Shown here: positions 1 to 8,405 of the stretch, in pieces
How positions within the stretch are numbered: position 1 is the stretch's first letter
How the letters are laid out: each line of letters starts with the position of its first letter
Assembly (NCBI GenBank): GCA_903893805.1
Contig: CAITNM010000026.1
Location: forward strand, 2,542 to 66,541
Direction of reading: 5' to 3'
Length of the DNA stretch: 64,000 bases
Source of the DNA: an uncultured Alphaproteobacteria bacterium
Lineage (GTDB): Bacteria; Pseudomonadota; Alphaproteobacteria; Paracaedibacterales; CAITNM01
The notes under the pieces: model-generated
Seen by the model: the letters and a program-made list of their open reading frames with translations, nothing else
The model's database searches: none
Told to the model about the DNA's origin: nothing
Position numbers and translations under genes: made by a program

Positions 1-1044
1 CGCAACGGTAGTTTTGCCTGCTCCTCCTACCCCCACAAGAGCAACAGTTTGAATGCCATCTTGTTTTTTAAGTTTCATCTCAATCTGATCTATAATCTCA
101 GAACGATTAAGAAGAAGCGAATGCGCAGGGAGCCTTAAATCAGATCGGAAAGAAGTGCCTTCATTATTTTGATTCCAAGAAAAAATTAAAAAAGCACCAC
201 AAAGCCCCGTAACAGCCAATATAATTGCGGTAAGATAGCTTGCCTTTATTTGGCTCATAAAATTTTTTTCTAATTGTTTTTCAGGTAAAGCAACCTCTTG
301 CTGCGTAGAGCCTAAATGTATTGTTTTATATTTTTCTTTAAATTCTGCAGCGACCTTGTTGATATCAAGATGTGGAAGAAGTTTTTTAAGAATTATAAAA
401 AACGAAAAATAATAATCCTCATGTTTTGTACAATTGATGATTTCAAAATCGACAAACTGTTTAGGAATTTCCTGATGATCTTTTTGCAAAAGAAAAAGGA
501 TTTTATTTGAACTATATTTGTGCAGAAAAGAAGAAGTTTCTGCTTCGGACATGGTTTTGGATAAAACAAATATCACATAAGCTTCTGCTTTTTTTTGTAC
601 AGTACGTGATATCGTAATGCCTGCAAGATTTAAATGTGATTTAAGATGGACAGCAAAAGAGTCTGTATCTTTCTCATGGAGTAAAAAGCAAAGATTGTTT
701 TCTTGATTTAATCTTGAAATATCTTTTAGATTTTTTTCAAAAACAGCTTCAACTCGTAAGAGAGCGTAATATTTTCTTAAAAGAAAAACTTTATCGGGGA
801 ATACTTCAATGAAATCGATAATTCCTTCGCGTGTATTCGCTCCACTCTTAGACATGATGTTACGAATATGTGTTTCGACTGTTCTTGAGTTAATAGATAG
901 AAGATAGGCTATTTTGCTTGTTCTTCTTGCACTCAAAATGCACGCAATCACATCAATTTCGCGAGCTGTAAAATGAATATTGCCGATCATCGATAAATGC
1001 TTCAAGTAGAAGTTTTGAGAGAAGAGAATTTGCATTTCTTGCAT
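1..1044 (-). CDS. LuxR-type HTH / TIR-like / TM / NB-ARC (STAND) protein, 3'-truncated by the window edge
   Basis: Hand-translated open frame of 348 codons from ATG 1044, absent from the ORF track because it has no stop in the window. LuxR HTH: FTAREIDVIACILSARRTSKIAYLLSINSRTVETHIRNIMSK. Hydrophobic segment: YLTAIILAVTGLCGAFLIFSW. Then LLNRSEIIDQIEMKLK...TVALVGVGGAGKTTVA (NB-ARC P-loop). Confidence 0.85.
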   Translation of the reverse strand, partial: MQEMQILFSQNFYLKHLSMIGNIHFTAREIDVIACILSARRTSKIAYLLSINSRTVETHIRNIMSKSGANTREGIIDFIEVFPDKVFLLRKYYALLRVEAVFEKNLKDISRLNQENNLCFLLHEKDTDSFAVHLKSHLNLAGITISRTVQKKAEAYVIFVLSKTMSEAETSSFLHKYSSNKILFLLQKDHQEIPKQFVDFEIINCTKHEDYYFSFFIILKKLLPHLDINKVAAEFKEKYKTIHLGSTQQEVALPEKQLEKNFMSQIKASYLTAIILAVTGLCGAFLIFSWNQNNEGTSFRSDLRLPAHSLLLNRSEIIDQIEMKLKKQDGIQTVALVGVGGAGKTTVA

Positions 1045-1240
1045 AAAATAGGGCCTCAGATTTGTTAATTATTTGTGATTTCCATGGAATATCTTTATAG
1101 GATTTAAAGAAAACAAAGTTCTTCTAACCCATTGATATCTACGTATTTATTACGTAGATGTGTGCAATTTATAAAAGAAAAATACAAGCCAAACAAGCTT
1201 TGTTTCAGCGAACCTATTCCTCATAAAGAACATTCTAAAG

Positions 1241-1267
1241 AAATATCCGTATGTTTCACGGATGTTT
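1241..1267. promoter_or_regulatory. Imperfect inverted repeat (candidate operator) between the regulator and the lasso precursors
   Basis: aaatatccgt-atgtttc-acggatgttt: 10-bp arms with 1 mismatch, in the divergent intergenic region. Confidence 0.3.
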
Positions 1268-1382
1268 TTAGCTCTTCAAAACTGAGAGTATTCCCCCAGA
1301 ACCTTAGTCGCTATCCCTCTCTTTCGGATTGAGGTTCTTAAATTTAACTAAGTAGTTTGAGAGGTACATTAAGGAGAAAGAA

Positions 1383-1535
1383 ATGAACGTCACGGAAATT
1401 GAAATTGAAAAAGAAGATGCAGAAATTTGCTCTGAATTCATTATCTCATTAGAAGACAGTGCTTCTACTTTAACTCAAGGACCTTTTGGTAAATTTTCTG
1501 AAGGGCACGGAAGACTTTATGGTGGTGGTTTTTAA
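1383..1535 (+). CDS. Lasso peptide precursor A1 (50 aa); core GPFGKFSEGHGRLYGGGF
   Basis: MNVTEIEIEKEDAEICSEFIISLEDSASTLTQ|GPFGKFSEGHGRLYGGGF. SD aaggag upstream; Thr at -2, Gly1, Glu8; lies upstream of the B/C/D genes. Below the ORF-track length cutoff. Confidence 0.92.
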   Translation: MNVTEIEIEKEDAEICSEFIISLEDSASTLTQGPFGKFSEGHGRLYGGGF

Positions 1536-1586
1536 CCCAATCAAAATAAGGACTTAATGAATAATTTTAAAATTAGGAGATAGAAA

Positions 1587-1733
1587 ATGGGTCTTATTGC
1601 AATTGAAAAAGATCAATTAGATACAGAAGTTCAGGATGATTTTGTTGTGGAATTGGAAGAAAGCGCCTCTGCCCTGACTCAGGGAGTGGGTCAATTTAAG
1701 GGAGAAGGACATAGCTACCACAGATTATGGTAA
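1587..1733 (+). CDS. Lasso peptide precursor A2 (48 aa); core GVGQFKGEGHSYHRLW
   Basis: MGLIAIEKDQLDTEVQDDFVVELEESASALTQ|GVGQFKGEGHSYHRLW. SD aggag upstream; same 32-aa leader length as A1; Thr-2, Gly1, Glu8. Confidence 0.92.
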   Translation: MGLIAIEKDQLDTEVQDDFVVELEESASALTQGVGQFKGEGHSYHRLW

Positions 1734-1755
1734 ATAATTTGATTAAATAAAGAAA

Positions 1756-1790
1756 AGAGACATCATCCTTAATCAAAAAATGATGTCTCT
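1756..1790 (+). terminator. Stem-loop between the precursor genes and the maturation genes
   Basis: Perfect 11-bp inverted repeat agagacatcat / atgatgtctct with a 13-nt loop; no U-tract. Confidence 0.6.
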
Positions 1791-1815
1791 ACTACTAAAC
1801 CTATGAGGATAGAGT

Positions 1816-2517
1816 ATGTATTACCATCTTAATGATCACATTTATGTTACTCGGTTTCGAGATGAATTTATTGTTTTGGATACAAAAAAAGATAAATATA
1901 CCATTTATCTAAAACAGCTTTCAGAATTACTAAGTACAGTTTTTGAAAAAAAAATTTCTTCTGAAAACAAATCCATTGTTAAAAAACTATTAAATGACAA
2001 TGTTATCGTGGCAAAAGATACTCCTTATCCTTTTCATATAAGCATGAACCTTACATCTACTGGGGTATCAAATGCAGATTGGCGCTTACCCTTAAATACT
2101 AAAAAAATTAAAATCAACCCTACTGTTTTGAATGCTCTTTTTACCCTTATAAAAATTAATTTTTATATAAAAGCTAATGGCTTATATTCGGCAATTCACC
2201 TAATTAAAAGATCTAAAAAAAATCAGTCAAAATATACTGTTCCGCAAGAAGAAGATCTTATAAACCTAGCAAACATAGTTAATAAAGCATGCTTGATATA
2301 CCCAACTAGGACAAAATGCTTAGAGTGGGCCATGACCTTTGTTTTGCTGGCTTTAAAACGAAAATGGAAATGTAACCTTGAGATTGGGGTTCAAAATTAT
2401 CCTTTTTTTGCTCATGCATGGGTTGAGTGTGCTGGAAAAGTCGTTATGGATTCACAAGATTTAAGGCAAGGATTAGCTGTGATTTTGAATGAACCTTTTA
2501 GAAAGCTAAAAATATGA
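1816..2517 (+). CDS. Lasso peptide B protein, fused RRE plus transglutaminase-like leader protease (McjB-like)
   Basis: N-terminal RRE-like FRDEFIVLDTKKDKYTI; C-terminal catalytic motifs KCLEWA...LEIGVQNYPFFAHAWVECAGKVVMD (Cys-His-Asp). Confidence 0.92.
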   Translation: MYYHLNDHIYVTRFRDEFIVLDTKKDKYTIYLKQLSELLSTVFEKKISSENKSIVKKLLNDNVIVAKDTPYPFHISMNLTSTGVSNADWRLPLNTKKIKINPTVLNALFTLIKINFYIKANGLYSAIHLIKRSKKNQSKYTVPQEEDLINLANIVNKACLIYPTRTKCLEWAMTFVLLALKRKWKCNLEIGVQNYPFFAHAWVECAGKVVMDSQDLRQGLAVILNEPFRKLKI

Positions 2518-4309
2518 TATATGCAGGGTACATTCACTTTAATGGTGCACAAGATAAAATTAATAAGCTTATAACCGCTATTAATTCGTTAATTCCCACA
2601 AATGCGAAGGTTATAATAAAAAATTCTCTTGTTCTGTGTTATGGCAAAATTTCAAATGAACAAGATATGGATGATATTTGGGAAAATGATACTTCTCTTT
2701 TACTAGGACGCGTCTTTGACAAGAATCATAACGGCTCATTTAAAAAAGAAGATTTTAAAAATTACGCTGATTTATCAAAAAAAGCTGTCTTGGAAAAAAT
2801 TTGGGGTAAGTATGTCTATATTAATTTAAACAACAGCACGCAATTATTTGAAATTGTTCTTGACTCAACTGGACAGCTTCCTTTTTTTATTATCCTTTCC
2901 CGGATGGAAACATTTTATTTTCGTCCGATATAGAAGTTATTTTTAAAGTCCTTTCGCAGAAGCCAGAATATAACCTGGAATATCTATGTTCTTATATTGT
3001 GCATGGTACCAGTAGCTCAATTCAAACGCCTTTTAAGAATATTTATGAGCTACCTCCGGCATGTAGTCTGCAGTTAACAAAAACCAAAAGAACAACAACT
3101 GCTTTTTGGGATCCGCTCAACTCTTACAAAACTTCGAAAAATCAAAAAAAGGACGCTGTAGATGTATTGCAATCCACTTTAAAACCATGGATTGCTCCCT
3201 ATAAGGATATATGTGTCAGTCTTTCAGGTGGGCTTGATTCTTCTGCTCTTGTTTATTGCTTGAAAGATCTTGTGAGGAAAGATCAGTCGTTAAAAGCTTT
3301 AAATTACTTTCACTCTCAAATTCAATCTTCTAACGAATTAGTGCACGCACGCAAAGTTTGTAAAGAGACAAATATTGAACTTATTGAAATTGACGCCTCT
3401 CATTCTTTACCATTTGATCCTCCACATCGAAACCTTCCCCTTATGCCCAATAAACCTTTTCCCGGATTAGTAAGTTTAAGGTGGCTAGAAACTATATTTG
3501 ATAATATTCCACAGACATCTTCTTATACTTTTTTAAGTGGGCATGGAAGTGATCATATATTTATGCGTCCCCCTTCCAAAAAGTCTGTTACTGATTATTT
3601 TCTCGAAAAGGGATTTAAGGGACTTGAAAAAGAATTAAAAAATATTACCCAATTTTACCGCGATCCCATGTTTGCAATTGCTAAAGAAAACTTATTAAGT
3701 TTAATATCTTATTTTTTTGCATCAGATAAAGGGAAAAAGCCTCTTAATAAGACTAATGATGAAACTCCAAACTGGATTAAACAAGAACTACTTCACAAGG
3801 CTTCTCCTAACTATGTTCATCCCATATATGAAGATTTACCAAGAAAAATTATACCAGGAAAATATGATCAGATTGATAATCTATACGAGGGCATTAACTC
3901 TATTCATGTAGAGTTAATGGATCAAATTAGCCCAACTCACTACCCCTTTCTTTATGAGCCAGTTGTTGAGTTTGCCCTTTCTTTTCCAACCTATGAACTC
4001 TTTGATAATGGATATGATCGCTATCCACTAAGAAAAGCTGTTGGAGATCGTTTTAATACAGAGACGGTTTGGAGACGAGATAAAAGCCAAACCACAGGAT
4101 TATTTCAGTTAGGTATTAAACAAAATTTGGAATACATCTTAGAAATTTGTTTAGAGGGGTACTTTGTAAAACAAGGACTCGTTAATAAAGAAGGTCTGCA
4201 TAGAACAATAACTCTTATTGGAAATGGGGATACAAAGCATCTATGGCCTTTTATGTATCTGGCTTCTGTTGAGATTTTCTTAAAGCTTTGGAATGAGAAA
4301 AACTTATGA
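2514..4309 (+). CDS. Lasso cyclase C (asparagine synthetase-like), split by a 1-nt frameshift at the T7 run 2882-2888
   Basis: ORFs 2514..2933 and 2999..4309 join into about 598 aa if one T is added (GQLPFFYYPFPDGNILFSSDIEVIFK...IVHG). ATP-binding SLSGGLDSS; SGHGSDHIF; RYPLRKAV; RRDK. Confidence 0.88.
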
Positions 4310-6072
4310 ACATGAAAATGAACCAGAGAAAGTACTTTAAGTGTATTGGAGAAATTTTCTTTACTACGTTTAAGGATACCAAACTGCGTCTGAATTTTTT
4401 TTCCTCTCTCTTACTTTTAGGGGTTGGAATATTTGCAAATATACTAATACCTATTTTATTAAAAAAAATTGTGGAGCTTTTCTCTTCTCCTAGCAATGCA
4501 ACACTTTCATTGATTTTACTAAGCTATGGCGTGATCTGGATGATCAGTCATTCATCTACGCATCTGAGAGCATTACTAACTCACAGAATTGAACAGCGTA
4601 TTAATTATATTTTAGGAATAAAAGTTATTTCTCACCTTTACAGTCTTCCTCAGAGTTATTTTCTTAATCAAAAACCCGGTGCATTAACAAACATAATTAG
4701 AAGAGCACAACAACATGTTCCCTCGATTGTAATAGGTATATTTTTTCATGTTTTACCAATAGTCATTGAATTTTTGGTTGCTATCATTCTTATCTCAAGT
4801 CTTTATTCATCTCTCTATAGCTCCTTAATAGCTGTCACTTTAATCATTTTCGTGATCTACACTTTCTACTCTATGCATGTAGTTTTAAAACATCGTGAGC
4901 ATGCAAATGAAATAGATAAAAATGCTGATGGTGTTATAGCTGATTGGATCTCTAATTATGAGGCTATTAAGGTTTTTGGAAACCAAGATTTAGCAATTAA
5001 AACGTGCAAAAAAGAGCTAAAAAAACGAGAAATCGCAGAAATTTCATTTGTAACAAAATTTAATATTGTTCATTTAGGACAAACATTAATTTTAGGAATA
5101 GGCCTTACAGCTCTCACCTATTTTGTTGGACAAGGTGTTTTAAGGGGAGAGTTAACAACCGGAGATTTTGTTTTATTTAACGGGTATGTCCTGCAATTTA
5201 TTATTCCAATGAGTGTTTTAGGTCACGTTACACAAGAAATAAAAAAAGCTCTTGTCGATATGAAAGGAATAATGGAATTGTTATTGACGGAAAGCAATGT
5301 CAAAGAAATATCATGTCCTATTCATTTATCAGGATCTCGCTTTCAAATTCACTTTAAAAACGTATCCTTTAAATACAATGAACACCACATTTTTGATAAT
5401 GTGTCATTTAAAATAAATACAGGTGAAACCGTACTCATTGTAGGCCAAACAGGTATTGGAAAATCTACAATCGCCAAGCTTCTTTTAAGATTATACGACC
5501 CTACAAAAGGTCAAATCTTTATCAATCAAGTAAATATAAAACAGCTTTCTTTTCAATCTCTATATGAAACAGTCGGATTGGTACCCCAAGAAGCTTATTT
5601 ATTGAACGATACAGTTAAGAACAATCTTCTTTTTGCAAAACCAGAAGCTTCCTCTCTTGAGATTGAAAGCGCTTTAGACAACGCAATGCTTTTAGGTTTT
5701 ATAAATAAACTCCCTCAGGGAATTAACACGATTGTTGGCGATCGTGGTTTGAAGTTATCTGGTGGAGAAAAACAACGCCTTTCACTTGCACGTATTTTTC
5801 TTAAAAAACCTAAAATTTGTATTTTTGATGAAAGTACAGCCGCTCTTGATGAAAATACTGGCCTCATTATTCAAAACAATATAGAAGCAAATTTACGTGA
5901 AATGACAAAAATTATCATTACTCACCGGCCATCTCTTATTCATAAGGCTAATGCGGTTATCCATCTTGATAAGATGTTCACTTATTCGAAAATACCTTCA
6001 AATAGTTTGCAAAAGAAGGTACCACATTTCAATTCTAAAAATGGAGAAAATCATGCGTACAACACATTTTAA
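4306..6072 (+). CDS. Lasso peptide exporter D, ABCB half-transporter (TMD plus NBD)
   Basis: Multiple TM helices; Walker A GQTGIGKST, signature LSGGEKQR, Walker B CIFDES; ATGA overlap with C. Confidence 0.88.
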   Translation: MNMKMNQRKYFKCIGEIFFTTFKDTKLRLNFFSSLLLLGVGIFANILIPILLKKIVELFSSPSNATLSLILLSYGVIWMISHSSTHLRALLTHRIEQRINYILGIKVISHLYSLPQSYFLNQKPGALTNIIRRAQQHVPSIVIGIFFHVLPIVIEFLVAIILISSLYSSLYSSLIAVTLIIFVIYTFYSMHVVLKHREHANEIDKNADGVIADWISNYEAIKVFGNQDLAIKTCKKELKKREIAEISFVTKFNIVHLGQTLILGIGLTALTYFVGQGVLRGELTTGDFVLFNGYVLQFIIPMSVLGHVTQEIKKALVDMKGIMELLLTESNVKEISCPIHLSGSRFQIHFKNVSFKYNEHHIFDNVSFKINTGETVLIVGQTGIGKSTIAKLLLRLYDPTKGQIFINQVNIKQLSFQSLYETVGLVPQEAYLLNDTVKNNLLFAKPEASSLEIESALDNAMLLGFINKLPQGINTIVGDRGLKLSGGEKQRLSLARIFLKKPKICIFDESTAALDENTGLIIQNNIEANLREMTKIIITHRPSLIHKANAVIHLDKMFTYSKIPSNSLQKKVPHFNSKNGENHAYNTF

Positions 6073-6162
6073 CAGATGTTCAAACCCAAATATTTACTTA
6101 AAAAACAAATAACATTAAAAATGAGAATTTTGTCTGACTGCAAACCCAAAAGAAAGAAAGCT

Positions 6163-8382
6163 ATGTTGCGAAGAATTTGGCAAATTGTACCGTTGTTATG
6201 TACTGGAGTTTTTATATCAGAAGCTTATTCCTCTGATAGAGACCCAGGCATGTTCAAGCCTCCTTGCTATTATAGGGTATTTATACAAGCTATATACGAT
6301 CAAACTGAGCTTTTGGCTAAGATTGGGCCTAGGTTAGATACTCACACTATAAGTGACACTGAGTTAGATGAATTGCTTGTTGCACATTTGTACGCAAGTA
6401 AAGTAGCACAAATAAAACAAAAAATTATGGGGAAACTTAGGGCTAGAATAGCTTTCCTTGAGAGAGAAGCTGATTCTGAGGATAAGAAAGCTTTATTACA
6501 AAGGATTTTAGGGGTACTAACAGGTGCAGGCGGAGTAGCTGCTGGTGGAGTTGCTATGGCTATGTTGCCACTTGGTGTTGGTGATGTTATAGGACCTGCA
6601 CTCATCTTTGGTGGAGTACTCGGCATCAAAGGAGAGCTAGATAATACTCTCAAAGGTTCTTCTCCAGAGGTAAAAAAATTAAGAACAGAGATAGAACTCT
6701 TAGAAGTAGAAGAACAATGTTATCTAGAAGGATTGAGAACCGAAGAAGTCAGTTCTTTTGAGGAAGCCTATGTTAAGAAGAAAGCAAAAATAGGTCTAAC
6801 AAGGCTGCAACAGGCTATAGAAACAAACTTGCTTGATTTGCGCATGCCAGGAAATCCTTACGCTTTTATTTCTAGAGAGTTTTTAGCGCAAGCTTTGTGC
6901 TTACCTATTACTCCCAAAGTGCTATTATCTTCAGACCATGACGCAAGCCTTTTTGCCCTTGGGAATCGTTTTGATCAAGATCCTTTTTTCAGGGTATTTG
7001 ATGCTCCCGTAAAAGAAGCTCTTCGCTCTATAGTATTAAGGATTGCAGCCGATTCTGTCGTGCCAGATGATACCTCTGTTTCCTTAAGAGGGAGATATTC
7101 TTTTCATGGCAGAATTCCTGGCTGCGGTAAAACTGAAGCAGCCAAGCAAATAGCAAGGTTTCTTAAACTTCCATACCATATTGTTACTTTGAGAGATGTG
7201 ACTGAATTAAATGTACAAAACCTTGAAGGCATTAACTTTTATAACCCAGAACCCAATGTAGGATGGTTATTATCTCCTTTGTTAACCCCTGATGAGTCTG
7301 GAAGAACCCATACTAATGCTATTCTAATTATAGATGAAATCGATAAGATCTTAGAAAATATCGGTGCAGCAGGGCCTGCCTTAAATTTTTTACCGCAATA
7401 TTTAGAATCTGGGACAGTTGCAGTAAATAGTCCTTATTTTAGAGATCTTATAAGAATAAATCGTATGACGATTATCTTGACCGGTAATAAGCCGCTTACT
7501 CACGCCGCTGTGCTTTCAAGACTTACTCGCTCAATAGAATTCCCTGCTTTTACTATTGCCCAGATGATGCCAATTTTAAAAGCACATCTTAAAGCACTAA
7601 AAGAGGCTAGGAGGATTCCAGCAGAGTTTTTACTGTCTATTGAACTGCCAACTCTAGAGCACCCCTTTAGGATAACTGCGGATATGAATTTAGCCTCTCT
7701 ACACGCGGAATATGGTGCCGGAGTCATTTATACACCTGCACAACCTATAGAAATACCAGTAGGACCTCCTGCAGAAGAACTACCTATGGATGACGCTAAT
7801 GGATTCTCTATTAGGACTGCCAAAGCAGCTCTTGAAGGAGTAATGGAAATATTTAAGGCAAGCCTTATTCTAAGATCTCAAGCTAGCTTTACCCGTGGAT
7901 TAGAGGCGATACAAGCAAACAATAGAGATGCAGCGCTTCACGCTTACATAGAGGCTGCTATTGGAGGACATGCAGAAGCTGCTTGTAAGCTAGGAGCATT
8001 ACTCAAGGCAGCACCTGCTACAGAAACGTACGCAAAGAAATGGTACATGCGAGGGTGGGATCGGGGATCTTTAAAAGCAGCTTACGATCTTGCACTAACA
8101 TTAAAGGACACCGAGATTGATAATGCAATAAGTTGGGCCCAAAGAGCAGCGGATGTGCGCTCAGGGGTACCATATTCAACTGAAGAAATTGTAACTCAGA
8201 GAATCTCATCTTACTTATTGGGAGAGCTATTTGAAGGAGACGGACAATCAGAGTCAGCAAAGTTTTGGTTTATTCAAGCGGCACAAAAAGGACATCCCTT
8301 TGCTCAACGTATGGCAGACCGCTTAATGTTGCGTGAGCAAAAAGTAAAGTCTGGCAAACTAATGTTTGCTGATGAAAGTTAA
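6163..8382 (+). CDS. Signal-peptide protein with an AAA+ ATPase domain and C-terminal Sel1-like repeats
   Basis: Likely start MLRRIWQIVPLLCTGVFISEAYS (track starts at 6076). Gly-rich hydrophobic hairpin; Walker A GRIPGCGKT, Walker B ILIIDEIDK, sensor-1 LTGN, Arg finger VLSR; Sel1-like AAIGGHAEAACKLG and QAAQKGHPFAQ. Confidence 0.7.
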   Translation: MLRRIWQIVPLLCTGVFISEAYSSDRDPGMFKPPCYYRVFIQAIYDQTELLAKIGPRLDTHTISDTELDELLVAHLYASKVAQIKQKIMGKLRARIAFLEREADSEDKKALLQRILGVLTGAGGVAAGGVAMAMLPLGVGDVIGPALIFGGVLGIKGELDNTLKGSSPEVKKLRTEIELLEVEEQCYLEGLRTEEVSSFEEAYVKKKAKIGLTRLQQAIETNLLDLRMPGNPYAFISREFLAQALCLPITPKVLLSSDHDASLFALGNRFDQDPFFRVFDAPVKEALRSIVLRIAADSVVPDDTSVSLRGRYSFHGRIPGCGKTEAAKQIARFLKLPYHIVTLRDVTELNVQNLEGINFYNPEPNVGWLLSPLLTPDESGRTHTNAILIIDEIDKILENIGAAGPALNFLPQYLESGTVAVNSPYFRDLIRINRMTIILTGNKPLTHAAVLSRLTRSIEFPAFTIAQMMPILKAHLKALKEARRIPAEFLLSIELPTLEHPFRITADMNLASLHAEYGAGVIYTPAQPIEIPVGPPAEELPMDDANGFSIRTAKAALEGVMEIFKASLILRSQASFTRGLEAIQANNRDAALHAYIEAAIGGHAEAACKLGALLKAAPATETYAKKWYMRGWDRGSLKAAYDLALTLKDTEIDNAISWAQRAADVRSGVPYSTEEIVTQRISSYLLGELFEGDGQSESAKFWFIQAAQKGHPFAQRMADRLMLREQKVKSGKLMFADES

Positions 8383-8405
8383 TAGTAACTGTATAGGAGT
8401 TTAAA

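Noticed and set aside
316-510. 64-aa plus-strand ORF
   Set aside because: Antisense shadow of the LuxR/NB-ARC gene.
1132-1332. 66-aa ORF upstream of the precursors as a third lasso precursor
   Set aside because: TTG start, no SD, no Thr-x-Gly junction with an acidic residue at 8/9; probably a chance ORF in the promoter region.
6053-6112. 19-codon ORF with a good SD overlapping the end of D (MRTTHFNRCSNPNIYLKNK)
   Set aside because: No precursor features; could be a gene remnant but cannot be supported.
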